Assembly (NCBI GenBank): GCA_000934665.2
Contig: KZ538134.1
Location: forward strand, 1 to 64,000
Direction of reading: 5' to 3'
Length of the DNA: 64,000 bases
From: Catajapyx aquilonaris
Lineage: Eukaryota
A model generated the notes under the pieces. It did no database searches. It saw only the letters and a program-made list of their open reading frames with translations, and had not been told where the DNA came from. Shown here piece after piece: positions 11,436 to 22,562 of the stretch (position 1 is the first letter of the stretch; each line of letters opens with the position of its first letter). Both the position numbers and the translations under genes were made by a program.

Positions 11436-12711
11436 CTAAAAAAAACCGATTAAGAATTCACATCAGCCTGAATATAATATGACATCTGATGATGTGTGAT
11501 CTATATACTCAACTAATATACTGTGTGTACCATGTGCAGTGCTGTAACTACACGACACGTTTTCTCCTAGAATTGCTTACTTTCTCTGCATTAGATGTAA
11601 TGTTCCTTCCGTGAATTCCGTGTCTTCATATATACAATTTTTACCAGGAAATGGTATGCATCACAAGTGGTCGTAGTACAATTTAATCAGAATGTGTTAC
11701 ATGCAATTCGTTAGGCGGATATTTCCGTAATATGTGTCGGAATAAGGTTTCTTTCAACATGTAAACGGTGTTGGTTGATATAAGAACCGGTATAGAAGTG
11801 TGGTCATTATTTTGTAGATTGAACAAATATTATTGTTATTGTTCCCTAGAACTATATCGGGAGAATACTAATTAATTATTAATTATCTTCTTAACTGAAG
11901 TCCAAAACCGTTATCAAAACATGTTCAGTTCTGTGTATGCAGTAATGAACTACTTTTGTACATTATTTTGTTTCTTAAAATACTATAATTGCGGGCTATG
12001 AATGTTAATTAATGCACAATTCTGTGGATTTAGTACGACTGTTACACTCATCTGACAACAGACTGAGAAATTTTATGGGCATGCTATACCTAAATGACAC
12101 ATATTATCTTTCGCAAGCAGTGGTTAATAATTTACACTAGAAGCTGACAAGAAGATTGTGATTTTCTTTATTATAGAGAGCCTACTGACTAACAATGTAA
12201 TCGGAGACCTAAGTAAGTTGTAAGTTAAATTTAAATTACGACCTTTCATTTTCCTTATAGTACAAGTATCTTAACGAGCTATGAGCAATGGATCTGTAAA
12301 TTATATGTTTTTTTACGTAACCAATTAAGCCAGCATAACCTGTTGATGATATTGTTACGCCTGAGTTTCCTTATGATTTAAAAGCTTGATTTTTACCATT
12401 TTTACCAGGAAATTGTATACACATGTGGTACAATTTAATCAGAATCTATTACATCCAGGTTGTTATAGGCAGATATTTCTTGTACCTACAATATGTTTGC
12501 AGATGCAATAATAGCTTCAAGCTCATGGAACTCCAAGCTACTTTTGCCAATACCGGTACAATATTTTCCACCAAATGAGCATAATTATATTGAATGAAAA
12601 ATAGCTTTCATAAGGTTTCATTTATTATTTCCGCCACCATGATACACAATATTTGTTGCGCCTTATACAACTCAAAGCATCAGGTCTCGTCCATCATTTT
12701 CATGTAATCAG

Positions 12712-13562
12712 TTACATAAAATTCGGGCAGATTTCTTCATTCCTGCCACCGTGGAACTTGGACATCGCGGGTAATTTAAACTCGTTAATTAGGTCGTTCA
12801 GAGCATTCTCGTCATATGGCACGTTCAACAATCGGAATATCAGGATCATATCTGAAGGAAATTTTCAAGGATATTAATTGTGGTTTATATATTTTTTAAA
12901 ATTATATCATAGTGTATACCTGATCCATCGTGCATGCACAGAGCCCAGACCATGTGCTTTCCGTCGAACTTGACCAGCTTGGCACTCTTGATTGCCTGCC
13001 AAGGGGTGGTGCCAGGCTTGTCCATCATCACGCGAGGTATTACCGCCGTCTTGTCGTCCGCGTCTTGTTCAAAGGTCACCGTATATACGACCCATCTCTC
13101 CGTCCTGAAAAGACATCCAGTCACCAAATATTCGCGATGAATCTCAATAATTTTCAACCCCCAAAAAATTGCAATTTAATTAGTTACCCGGCATCGTAGA
13201 AGTGGCCGTGCATCAATAATGTGTTATCTTTCGGTTCGTAAACCACTGTTATTTCTTGGCAGTCGGTGGCATCCGGATCTTCGGTCAGTTCTTCCTCTAC
13301 ATAACGTCCTATAATCTGAAATTTTGAGTTTTCTATATGCTTTGTATTGAAAACCATTGTAGAGTGATCCATGATATAATATATTATTTTAACGACCAAA
13401 ATTTTTAATGATTGAAGCTTACGTGATTGTAATTAAGTCGATGTATAAAGGTATACTCACCGTAGACAAGTCCAGATCTTTGGTAGCCACCTCCCGTGTA
13501 CATGAATGGCCTAAGGTTATGACTACGGCCAATATCACACCGAACGATACCCACAAACCCAT
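12712..13562 (-). CDS. Secreted lipocalin-like protein, array gene 7
   Basis: MGLWVSFGVILAVVITLGHSCTREVATKDLDLST/IIGRYVEEELTEDPDATDCQEITVVYEPKDNTLLMHGHFYDAG/TERWVVYTVTF..KFDGKHMVWALCMHDGS/DMILIFRLL..KFHGGRNEEICPNFM*. Confidence 0.88.
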
Positions 13563-14672
13563 CTGGTTAAATTCAATAAGTATAAAAATCATTGCTAAAG
13601 TATATACAGAATAAGCGTAGACGAAACATTTTCTTAATAATTCAACATACGTTACCTCTTGCAGCTTACAGATCAGAAATGTTCTTTACAGAATGAAGTT
13701 CTGAAAACTGTGTTCTAAGCGATGCGTTTTTAGAAGTTTATATATACCTACTGCAGTAAATATTTTCATAATGTAATTAGTCTATTACATGGTTTATGAA
13801 GCAATAAAGTAGGACAAACATGAAATGATTGTTGGTTGAGTATGACTTCCTTATATGAATTTCGCATTATACTGTTGCGTCAATTATTATATCTAATCTC
13901 TTCATTGCCTCTTTAGTAGTAATTAGTATCACTCTTACATCACATTCCTAGGCAATCGCACACTACAGTTCTTACAGATTGTAACAGATGGTAACATGTA
14001 TCATAAGAACCTTTTTCTCCTCCACCTTCTTGTCGGAACAATATTAATGTCGACCTTTTTAATTAACAAAACAAGTAAACAAAATTAATAAGTAATAATG
14101 GCTATAAAATGGGAATGAAACACCTAATTTGGACATGTGACTACTGCAACCAGCCTTTGAACTTATAGAGATTTATTTATTCAATCAATCATCCTTGGTC
14201 TAAAAATATCAAATGTGAATGACAATAAAACGTCACCAATACTGCTGGTTATTCGGGATTGTTGCAGTTTTTTATGAAAGAAAATTATGATTCTTTAGCT
14301 ATCATGATAATTTCATGCATAAGCATTAATTATTTTATTATACAAGGAAGTTATTATTGTTTCCTGGCATTATACTCAGTTAAAAGCGCGTAAAATATAT
14401 TGTCGCATTTAACTATTGTAATTCATAAGTACGGTAATTACTTCCTTTTGCCTTAAACTTTTCCTTTTGCCTCTTCATTATACAGTATATAATTATGTTT
14501 GTGCAATTCCGGGCTATAGCACTGTTTGTTTCTACAAATTAATCACCCTATTTGCTCGAATTTTTAGAGTAGGCTAATGTGACTACAAATCATTTTTGAA
14601 CTAATATGACAAATCATGGATATGGCCCAAACATGCTGCGGATTAATTAATGCTGTTTTATTTTATTTTAAA

Positions 14673-14880
14673 CTAGCTGCCATACCCGGCGTTGCTCGGG
14701 AAGAAATGAATGGAAAGATAGCTGAAAAGGACAGGCAAATGTAATTAAGAATCTTCATTAAAAGGAGGCCGGGAGAGGTTGGAGGTGTAGGAGGCGGACC
14801 ACAGATGGCAGGCAAATGACGGTTGGCGTTCCAGGAGGACAGACAGACAGACAGACAGATCACAAACGGCTTTATTTAGA
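14673..14880 (-). mobile_element. Non-autonomous Helitron (about 208 bp)
   Basis: On the minus strand: A|TC 5' end, (CTGT)n tract, subterminal hairpin CCCGAGCAACGCCGGG, CTAG|T 3' end, no TSD. Confidence 0.8.
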
Positions 14881-14950
14881 TGTAGAGTCATCATTTCCTT
14901 CACACTGTCATTGACTCTCACGAACAATTGCACAATATACTTCAGAATTA

Positions 14951-15919
14951 TTAGGGGCAGAACTGATCGTTATTGTACGTATGATATGGCCCAGCGAGGT
15001 CAAGATTAAACGCTTCCACCTCTTCTTTGAGTTGTTCCACAGTTTCCTCTGTGAGAGGCACTCCATCGCGACGAAGTATCTTAACTACACCTGGAAACCA
15101 CAAATCAGACTCATCATTCATATTCAGCTTTAATTATATGATTATTCTAAATAATATGTTATGTTTTTGTAGTATATATGTTTCATAGGGCACTAAAATA
15201 AGCTATTAATTAGTAAAAGATATTAACCATACCTAGACCATTATCCAGGCACAGGTACCACACCATGTAGGTTAGGTAATCAGTCAGTAATATTTTACAA
15301 AAATGTATGTCCTCGTACGGAAGGGTACCCTTCGAATCCAAAACCACCTTCGGTACGTATGAAGTGGTATCGTTAGGATTCCTCGCAAAAGTGACAATGA
15401 ATACTGTCAATTTGGTCAACCTGTAAAAGGTTACATACAAAATAAGTGTTGTAAATAGTAAATACCATAACGTCCTCTTGGGAATTACTGTTACTTACCC
15501 TTCATCGTAGAAATGACCGTGCAATTTTAGCTCCCACGTGTTTGGATCTTGAAGTTGGACTGTTTCGAAGCAATAAGTGTTGGGTTGTTCCTCCCACAAT
15601 CCTACTTCAACCCATTCTCCGATAAGCTGAGGGTAAGTCGCAATAATTAATTAGGCAATCAAATTACACAATTGAAAGTATGTGAATTGAAAAAGTATTG
15701 AAAGCATGTAATCATGCTATGCAATAAGTCCTTCCAGTGCCAATATAGCCTACACTGTATTGTGGTCTAACGTACAAAGCGAAAGAATGAAGATCAAGAG
15801 TATATGGTACTTACTCCCCCAAGGTCAACAACATCATCAACAATGGGATTTTTACATTCTCCCTTGACCAATCCGAACATGAGAGTGAAGAGGAAAACGT
15901 GCCACATGCCATCAGCCAT
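14951..15919 (-). CDS. Secreted lipocalin with canonical motifs, array gene 8
   Basis: MADGMWHVFLFTLMFGLVKGECKNPIVDDVVDLGG/LIGEWVEVG..TYCFETVQLQDPNTWELKLHGHFYDEG/..KILLTDYLTYMVWYLCLDNGL/GVVKILRRDG..PYHTYNNDQFCP*. SCR1 GxW, SCR2 TDY and SCR3 ILRR all present. Confidence 0.92.
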
Positions 15920-16612
15920 ATCTTGAGACCCTTACACGAATGTAAAAATAAGTAGGGCCCTAATTAGAAATTTTATACACAACTGCAGGCTGTCAACTCT
16001 TGTCTTATGCACAAATTCAGGCCCTGATGAATCTGGTGAAAAAGAAAAAAAAATCAAAATATATTGGCAGGAGAGTGAGGTTGAAAAATCAAAGTGTCGC
16101 ATTATTTTACACACAATATTGTCTGCCCTTGAGAGGCATTTGAAATTACACATTACATTTGCAATGAGTTATAAGAATTAAAGCTGACAGTCACAAACGT
16201 ACAGGCCTTCAAGAGCTAATTAAAATGGGTGATCACTTTAAAAGTATTGTAACAATACAATTGCTCCACATGGAATGCCTTCAATAACATGAAAGCTTCC
16301 TTCAAGTTGATGTAAATGTGATGACCTACCCGCTACCAATCCGATGATGTGTTCCAAAGGGACTTTCTACCTCCTCTATAGAGTTGAAATATATATGCAC
16401 ATGCAATATTGTGTGTAGTGTTATCCGTATCAGAATTCGAGCAGAAAGAGTTAAGTACAATGCCACGACCAGTGTGTTTCGACACAATGGCCAATAAGTA
16501 AAGAAATGATAATTTCGCATATCTTGAAAATACCAGCATGGCAGCATCACCCATGATATTAGCATGTGTGAATATATGTTTATAGACATAAAAGCTGGCA
16601 GATAGGTATGCA

Positions 16613-16881
16613 CAGTGTAGGACGTTAGTCGCGGTCATACTGCTTGCGACATTTTCTGATACGGCAGAAGTGCAAATAGAGTGTGAGCCGTGCGAGTAAG
16701 AAGAGGTAGGCCATGAGTGACATCACCGGCTGGGGGGCAATGGAAAAAAGGCTTGTCCCCAGCCAGTGACGTCACCCAAGGGCTACCATTTCTTATTCGC
16801 ACGGCTTTATCACTTCGATTTGCACGTCTGTCGCATCGGAAAGTGTCGCTAGCAGTATGACGGAATTAATGTCCAGCACTG
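16613..16881. mobile_element. Palindromic MITE, Tc1/mariner-like
   Basis: CAGTG...CACTG termini, TA on the right flank, imperfect inverted symmetry across the whole element (GTCATACTGC/GCAGTATGAC). Confidence 0.65.
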
Positions 16882-17608
16882 TACATATTAATGTTAAATT
16901 ATCCATCACGTTTTATCTAAACCCCCTCTGGGACTGGACTTGAGAAGTTCACCATTCTATATATCATATTGTGTTTACTTGTATGGCATCGGGAATACCA
17001 TGCAATATTATCATAATTAAATATTATTGATATAATTATCATTTCAAGTACAGTACTGCCATTTATTCATATAAGTTCATAGTGAGGTTGTTTATTTAAG
17101 TACATGTATGAATGATGTCGTCCACTGTGGGCATAAGATGAATGGCTGTGAAGACGGTAGTTATTTATTTATTACAAGCTAAACAACAACACGTGAAAAG
17201 TACATTTTAATGTAGCAAATAATACAATTGAAGGCCCTCTTGCTGATAGGTAACCCTGACATCAAATGCTAGTCACATAATGTGAACCAGTTATTGACTG
17301 GCCAACTTTGGTGATCAGCTGAGGTGCCAAAGTTATCTTTCACGTAAGAAGACCTGCAACTATAAATGACAAGATATATATTCACAACTACTGTACATTT
17401 ACGAGGACCTCAGCACACTCGTGGAGCGTCACATTATCCTGGGATGGTGGATACTCAAAAATTGGCGGTATATTGGATGGCCCAATATGATCTCATTCTT
17501 GGACCATTCTCTATTAGAAATTATTGTTTTGGTGAAGTCATCGCAGTTATAGCTTTTTGTTTTTGTTTGTTGATTGTCCAATTGATAAAACTTCATTCAC
17601 AGCATTGT

Positions 17609-18393
17609 TTACATTTTTTCAAGATTACACGTATTATCCCACTGGCCACTGAAGGATTTATGCACTGGCATTTTGACATATGGTTTTGCTTTTTTGACTG
17701 CGCCGTCCCGTCCAGTTTTGTCCGTAACGAAGATGGAGAACACATCCAGATCACCTGAAGAGATTGTGTCACACATTAATTTAAATGAGGTAAATAAACT
17801 GATTGGGAAAGTCTTACCTGCAGCAGTAGCCTGTGGCAAGCAGAACCAGAAGACCAAATAAGTCGTATAGTCCGTATGTACAATTTTGGCCGTGGTGACC
17901 TTCTCATACGATGTGGAACAGTTGCAATTGAAGAGTTCAAATTCAGGGAAAAACGACGCCGAACTGTCAGGTAGAGGATTCAATTTGATTTTGTACCCGT
18001 AGTTCATTCTTGCTCTGTAGGGAAAGTTAAGTGTCAATGAAATTGTTCCACAGTGCGATACATATGGGTAATTCAGGCGATTCATACTTCACCTACACTG
18101 GAATATAGTAATTCCCGCTCATGACTGGCACATTTTTCGTGGACAAGTGAAAAGACTTGCAGTGGTCAGTTCCATAATCCGCGGATGATCCAACTTCTAT
18201 CCAATCCTTGGCAGCCTAAGGTAATAAAAATGAAAGCATGTAATTTCCACATCAATGTATCATAAAGTGGTGATAAAACACTTACAAGTGTGAGGTCAAG
18301 GCCTTCCATGGCTTTGGGTGGTACACAATCGCATATGGTATATCGGGCTCGGAGAACTACGATCCAAAATAGAATCCACGTCAGAGTCTTCAT
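17609..18393 (-). CDS. Secreted lipocalin, array gene 9
   Basis: MKTLTWILFWIVVLRARYTICDCVPPKAMEGLDLTL/AAKDWIEVGSSADYGTDHCKSFHL..YYIPV/ARMNYGY..KIVHTDYTTYLVFWFCLPQATAA/GDLDVFSIFV..WDNTCNLEKM*. Same 0/2/1 intron phases. Confidence 0.87.
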
Positions 18394-19863
18394 ACTGTGA
18401 CCTTGCCTGAATTCAAACGGAATTTTTTGACATGACTGAAGCTATGTCTATGAGGTCATTTGTTGCTCTAATAGTCTAAAGGAAGACTAAACTTTAGTAA
18501 TTATATAAAAGAAGGTAGGACTTACAACATTTTGGTACAGAAATTTGAAGGAAAAGCTGACGCTGCCTCCATGTCAGTCAAAATCTATGAAGATCATTAG
18601 TAAACACAGATAAATTGAATTAAATATTTTCCTAACATTTAGTGTTTTCTAATATTCATCTACAAATTTGTTTACATTCAACATATAAATATGTGTAATA
18701 TACCAGGTTAAGATTTTTTTTTGCAATTATTTTATTCATAAGTAAATGCTTCATTGGCTAAGACCTGCTTCAACCATTCTACAAACACTTACATAGTTGC
18801 CCTTAGGTCATATCTCTTATCAGTTGGAGTCAATGCACTTATAATTACTTACGGATAAATATGAAGCTTGTAGCTAAAGGATGCTTGACATGTGGTTGGT
18901 TCCCGTTCTGGCACTTTGTCAGTACGTACAGGTAGTTAGAGGACGTATTCTTTGCCACATGAATCCCTATTGTGCCCTAAGGAACGACACTAAACCCAGC
19001 AGGGCATGATTGTCAGCTTCGAACAATGAGTTGTTACCCAGAAAAAGAGAATGGACCGTGTGATTAGATTAGGATATTATTGGCATGACGTCAGCCAGTT
19101 AATTGGGCAGCAGTTGAATAAAAAAGTGTAATCATGCTGTCTTTTGATTGCCATGTTTACGAGCATGAGGCTAAAAACCGGAGTAGCTGAGACACGATTT
19201 GCACATTATGATCAACTAAATGACAAATATTGTCTTGGAGGTCATATTTGTTTTTGTGTCCCCCTGAATAAACTAGGTCACAAACAAATGTGCCCTCTTT
19301 ATGTTTTGGTACAATGCTTAATTGTTCATAATAATAGTGTCCTTAAATATACCTGCTGGGATGTCCCCCACTTATTTCGTTACTCACAGTGAGTAGGTCA
19401 GGCACACAAAGTAATTCAAGGTCGATGTAAAGGTGTGATATGACCTTCCAAACCAATACCAGATTTAACTGATAACCTTCATAACATCCCAATTAAAGGC
19501 TTTCTTATCATGTAGCACCTTTTGCACACATTCTGTTTTATAAATATGTGGACAGGGTTACATTTGTCATCATGATTTGACATCTGAAGGATATCTTGTT
19601 AATGATAGCAAAATATTGCTGACTCTAAATACTCGAACCCGATTTACGTTATTTAAAGTTAAAGCTACATTTGAACGTTACAATTACAATTTCGCAATCC
19701 AAAGCCATTATCTCATGTGGCTCATTCTCCCGTTATATACCCTTAATGATTTGTCTATAGATAAACTAGTTTCGACTAGAGAGAGGCCTATAAATAAGCG
19801 GTGTTTGGGGCCTCATGTGCCCCAGTTGACATTTAGTCATTCTTTTGATGACAATACCCCAAC

Positions 19864-20774
19864 ATGGCAGGACCTGCTCTCATTTTTATTCTGGCATTGT
19901 CAACATGGGTTGGATTCGCAGAAGGTTCTTGCAACCCGCCGCATTCGATGGGCAAATTCAATTTTTCCAAGGTAAATATTCAATTTTTTAAAGTTAAAAA
20001 TTGTGTGGATTCGTCGAACTCTGTTGCAGATTCGTGGTACGTGGTATGATATGGAGAATATGGAAGATTCGTACCATACTCAGTGTATGCAAGCCACGTT
20101 TTTTACTGATATTCACGACAACCACATTCTTGTCGGATATTACGACGATAAAATGTACGTTTCATTTTTTTACTTAATTTTTCAATCAAAGATTTAACTT
20201 AAGCCATTCCAGACTGAACGACACGATCATGTACAACACGAGGATGAAAGAAACAGCTCCTGGAATTTACCACCTTTTCACTATGACCATGAGCGGAAAT
20301 GGAACAGTTGCTTACGAAAATGTCGACCAAATGATAATAGTGTACACTAATTACTCCGATATTTTGATGATGTGGTATTGCAACAGCGCACTGCCTGACG
20401 GTAAGACATATTGGAGGAGCATAATTCTTTTTGACATATTCATATATTTATTATTTTAGCAACTGAAATGACAACACTCATTTACATAATATCACGATAA
20501 TTTAATATGGTCGGAAATGAGAATGATTACTAATTTTCGTCTCCAAATAGTTTCTTATCTCCTGTCACGTAGTCCTGATATTTGTCAGAACTGATGCATC
20601 GTTTGTCACTTTCCAGCAAACGTTCAAAGGCTGTTTATGAGAGACCCGGCAAACGAGAGGGCCTTCCAACTCGCAATGTCTTTGTGGACAGAAATGAATT
20701 TCAACGCAGATACGATCAGTCCAGTCCGTTCCAGCGCTTGCGACAACATGTCATATTTCGGTCGCTGTCAGTAA
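19864..20774 (+). CDS. Secreted lipocalin (ApoD-like), array gene 10, divergently transcribed
   Basis: MAGPALIFILALSTWVGFAEGSCNPPHSMGKFNFSK/IRGTWYDME..TQCMQATF../..IIVYTNYSDILMMWYCNSALPD/ANVQRLFMRDP..SSACDNMSYFGRCQ*. TATAAATA at about 19788, AATAAA at 20872. Confidence 0.9.
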
Positions 20775-21093
20775 CATGAGACAGAGTGTAGTAGTTTGTA
20801 AGACAATTTTTATAATGTTCATACCACGTATTATGTAGTGTTTTATAAAATGTTTCCTGCACATAAGATTTAATAAAAATTACTCGTAAAAAAGCCAATG
20901 TGTTTATATCAGCCGATAATGAGGTGGACCTTGATCGTTCTTCCCCCGAGGTCTTCAATAATTAACACCTCCTCCCCATTGTTGTTAAACTCCTGTATTG
21001 TGCACACGTATCCATGGTTTCAATGACCATGTTTAGGACCCACCAGTCCGTGGCGACGTGGTTGGAGAAGACGGACCCTGATGCGTGTCCAGG

Positions 21094-22083
21094 ATGATCT
21101 TCAACAGCGTGGACAAGGGTCTGGTCTGCGCCCATAGGTTCTTCCGGAGTCAAGATGTGCTGAGCCAGTCCCTGAACGTGATGGTGTTTACCATCATGGT
21201 GGAGCCATTGCTTTGTCCCAACCTGGTGGCCTTCAAGTTCCTCCTGATGATGATCGCAGCCTGTCTCACCTACCTCAGGGATGTGTACCAGGTGAGTTGC
21301 AGGCACTGGTAGCCACAAAGTTGGTACTCATCACTGCACATTTTGAGACAGAGACCTGTTGATGACCCGGTCGGATACAAGTGGACACCCCCGGTAGTCT
21401 TCGCCTTCCTGCTGCAAATGTGTTCCTGGCAGTTGTCGGAAAAGAGCCCAGGAACTGACGACGCCAGGCTGGCCGTCTTCATTTACTTCATACTCTCAGG
21501 AATCAGGTCAGTGTGCCTTGTCATTTGTCATCATTTGTCATCAATTTGTCATGTACCTTACAGATGTGGAGAAGTGAATTTCATCCTCACACAAGTCCTA
21601 AGGTTGACCCATATAGAATGCTGCGAAGGCCAGGATACTAATATCATCATCATATTTACCTCTGGATTGGCACTTTTAGTTGCTACTGCCATGTTTGTGG
21701 TGGAATTTTATAAAAACTTACTAAGCTATTACTTCACCGCGCCAATCGTCTACTTCGGACTCATCTTGCCATCCCTCAAGGTAAGACACATCTCATCAGT
21801 TTTGAAGCACACGGTACCAGTACATGATACCTCGTTTTTCATTCTGTAGATCTTCTACAACCACGTAAAACCTCTGGTACACAATACGAAGATCCTAAAT
21901 TCAATTAGGAGAGCAACTCCTAACGATATCAAACGGGAGAAGATATGTCAAGTGTGTCAGAACCCAATGTCAATGGCCAGGGTCCTCATGTGTGGACACG
22001 TGTTTCATGGAAAATGTCTCCTGGCGTACCTGAAGGAAAACGATACCTGCGCCCTCTGTCACCAACTCATACTTCGAGAATGA
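21094..22083 (+). CDS. Multi-pass membrane RING-H2 E3 ubiquitin ligase, TRC8/RNF139-like (short form)
   Basis: Four exons (about 21094-21291, 21352-21506, 21564-21780, 21850-22083). Hydrophobic segments, then RRATPNDIKREKICQVCQNPMSMARVLMCGHVFHGKCLLAYLKENDTCALCH (C3H2C3). Start codon uncertain. Confidence 0.75.
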
Positions 22084-22562
22084 CACTGTGCAGAAATGTT
22101 TTTTACAGTTAAAATTTGCGGAGTTAGTGACTAAATTAGGAGTGTGATTATGCAGGACTTGTGCAGGGTTATTAAAAAGTGTGAAGGTCGATTCAGGCTT
22201 GTAAGTCATTATCCAAATGATTGTTCGCCCTCCCAAATTGGGGTAAGGCCTATTACCATCAATAGGTAATGCTGTACTCAATAATGGTGTTACATCGCAG
22301 TTTGAACGAAAATTAGACAATGCTATAATCATGAGCAATACAATATAGAGAGGTCGATTATACTTTCATGAGCAGCGAAATAACAGTTGTTATGAATCTT
22401 AGAGCATGGACATATTGTTCGGGGAAACATGCAATCTATGCACGTGTCGGCCGATTCATTGCGGTAATGTTGAAATTGGCACTCTCGCAAATGACTTGTG
22501 GCATTCAGAAGGTAATGTCAAGGTCGCCACTTTGTAGGTGTCTGCTGCTGAAGACAGTCGGA

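Larger units (their letters stand above)
8698..12350. repeat. Tandem duplication, about 8698-10400 vs 10458-12350 (genes 5 and 6 with upstream DNA)
   Basis: 3' UTR (GTTTCGTA..ATTTATT..GATTCACAAAAGACAGCA), exons and several hundred bp of upstream sequence are colinear between the two units. Confidence 0.85.
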
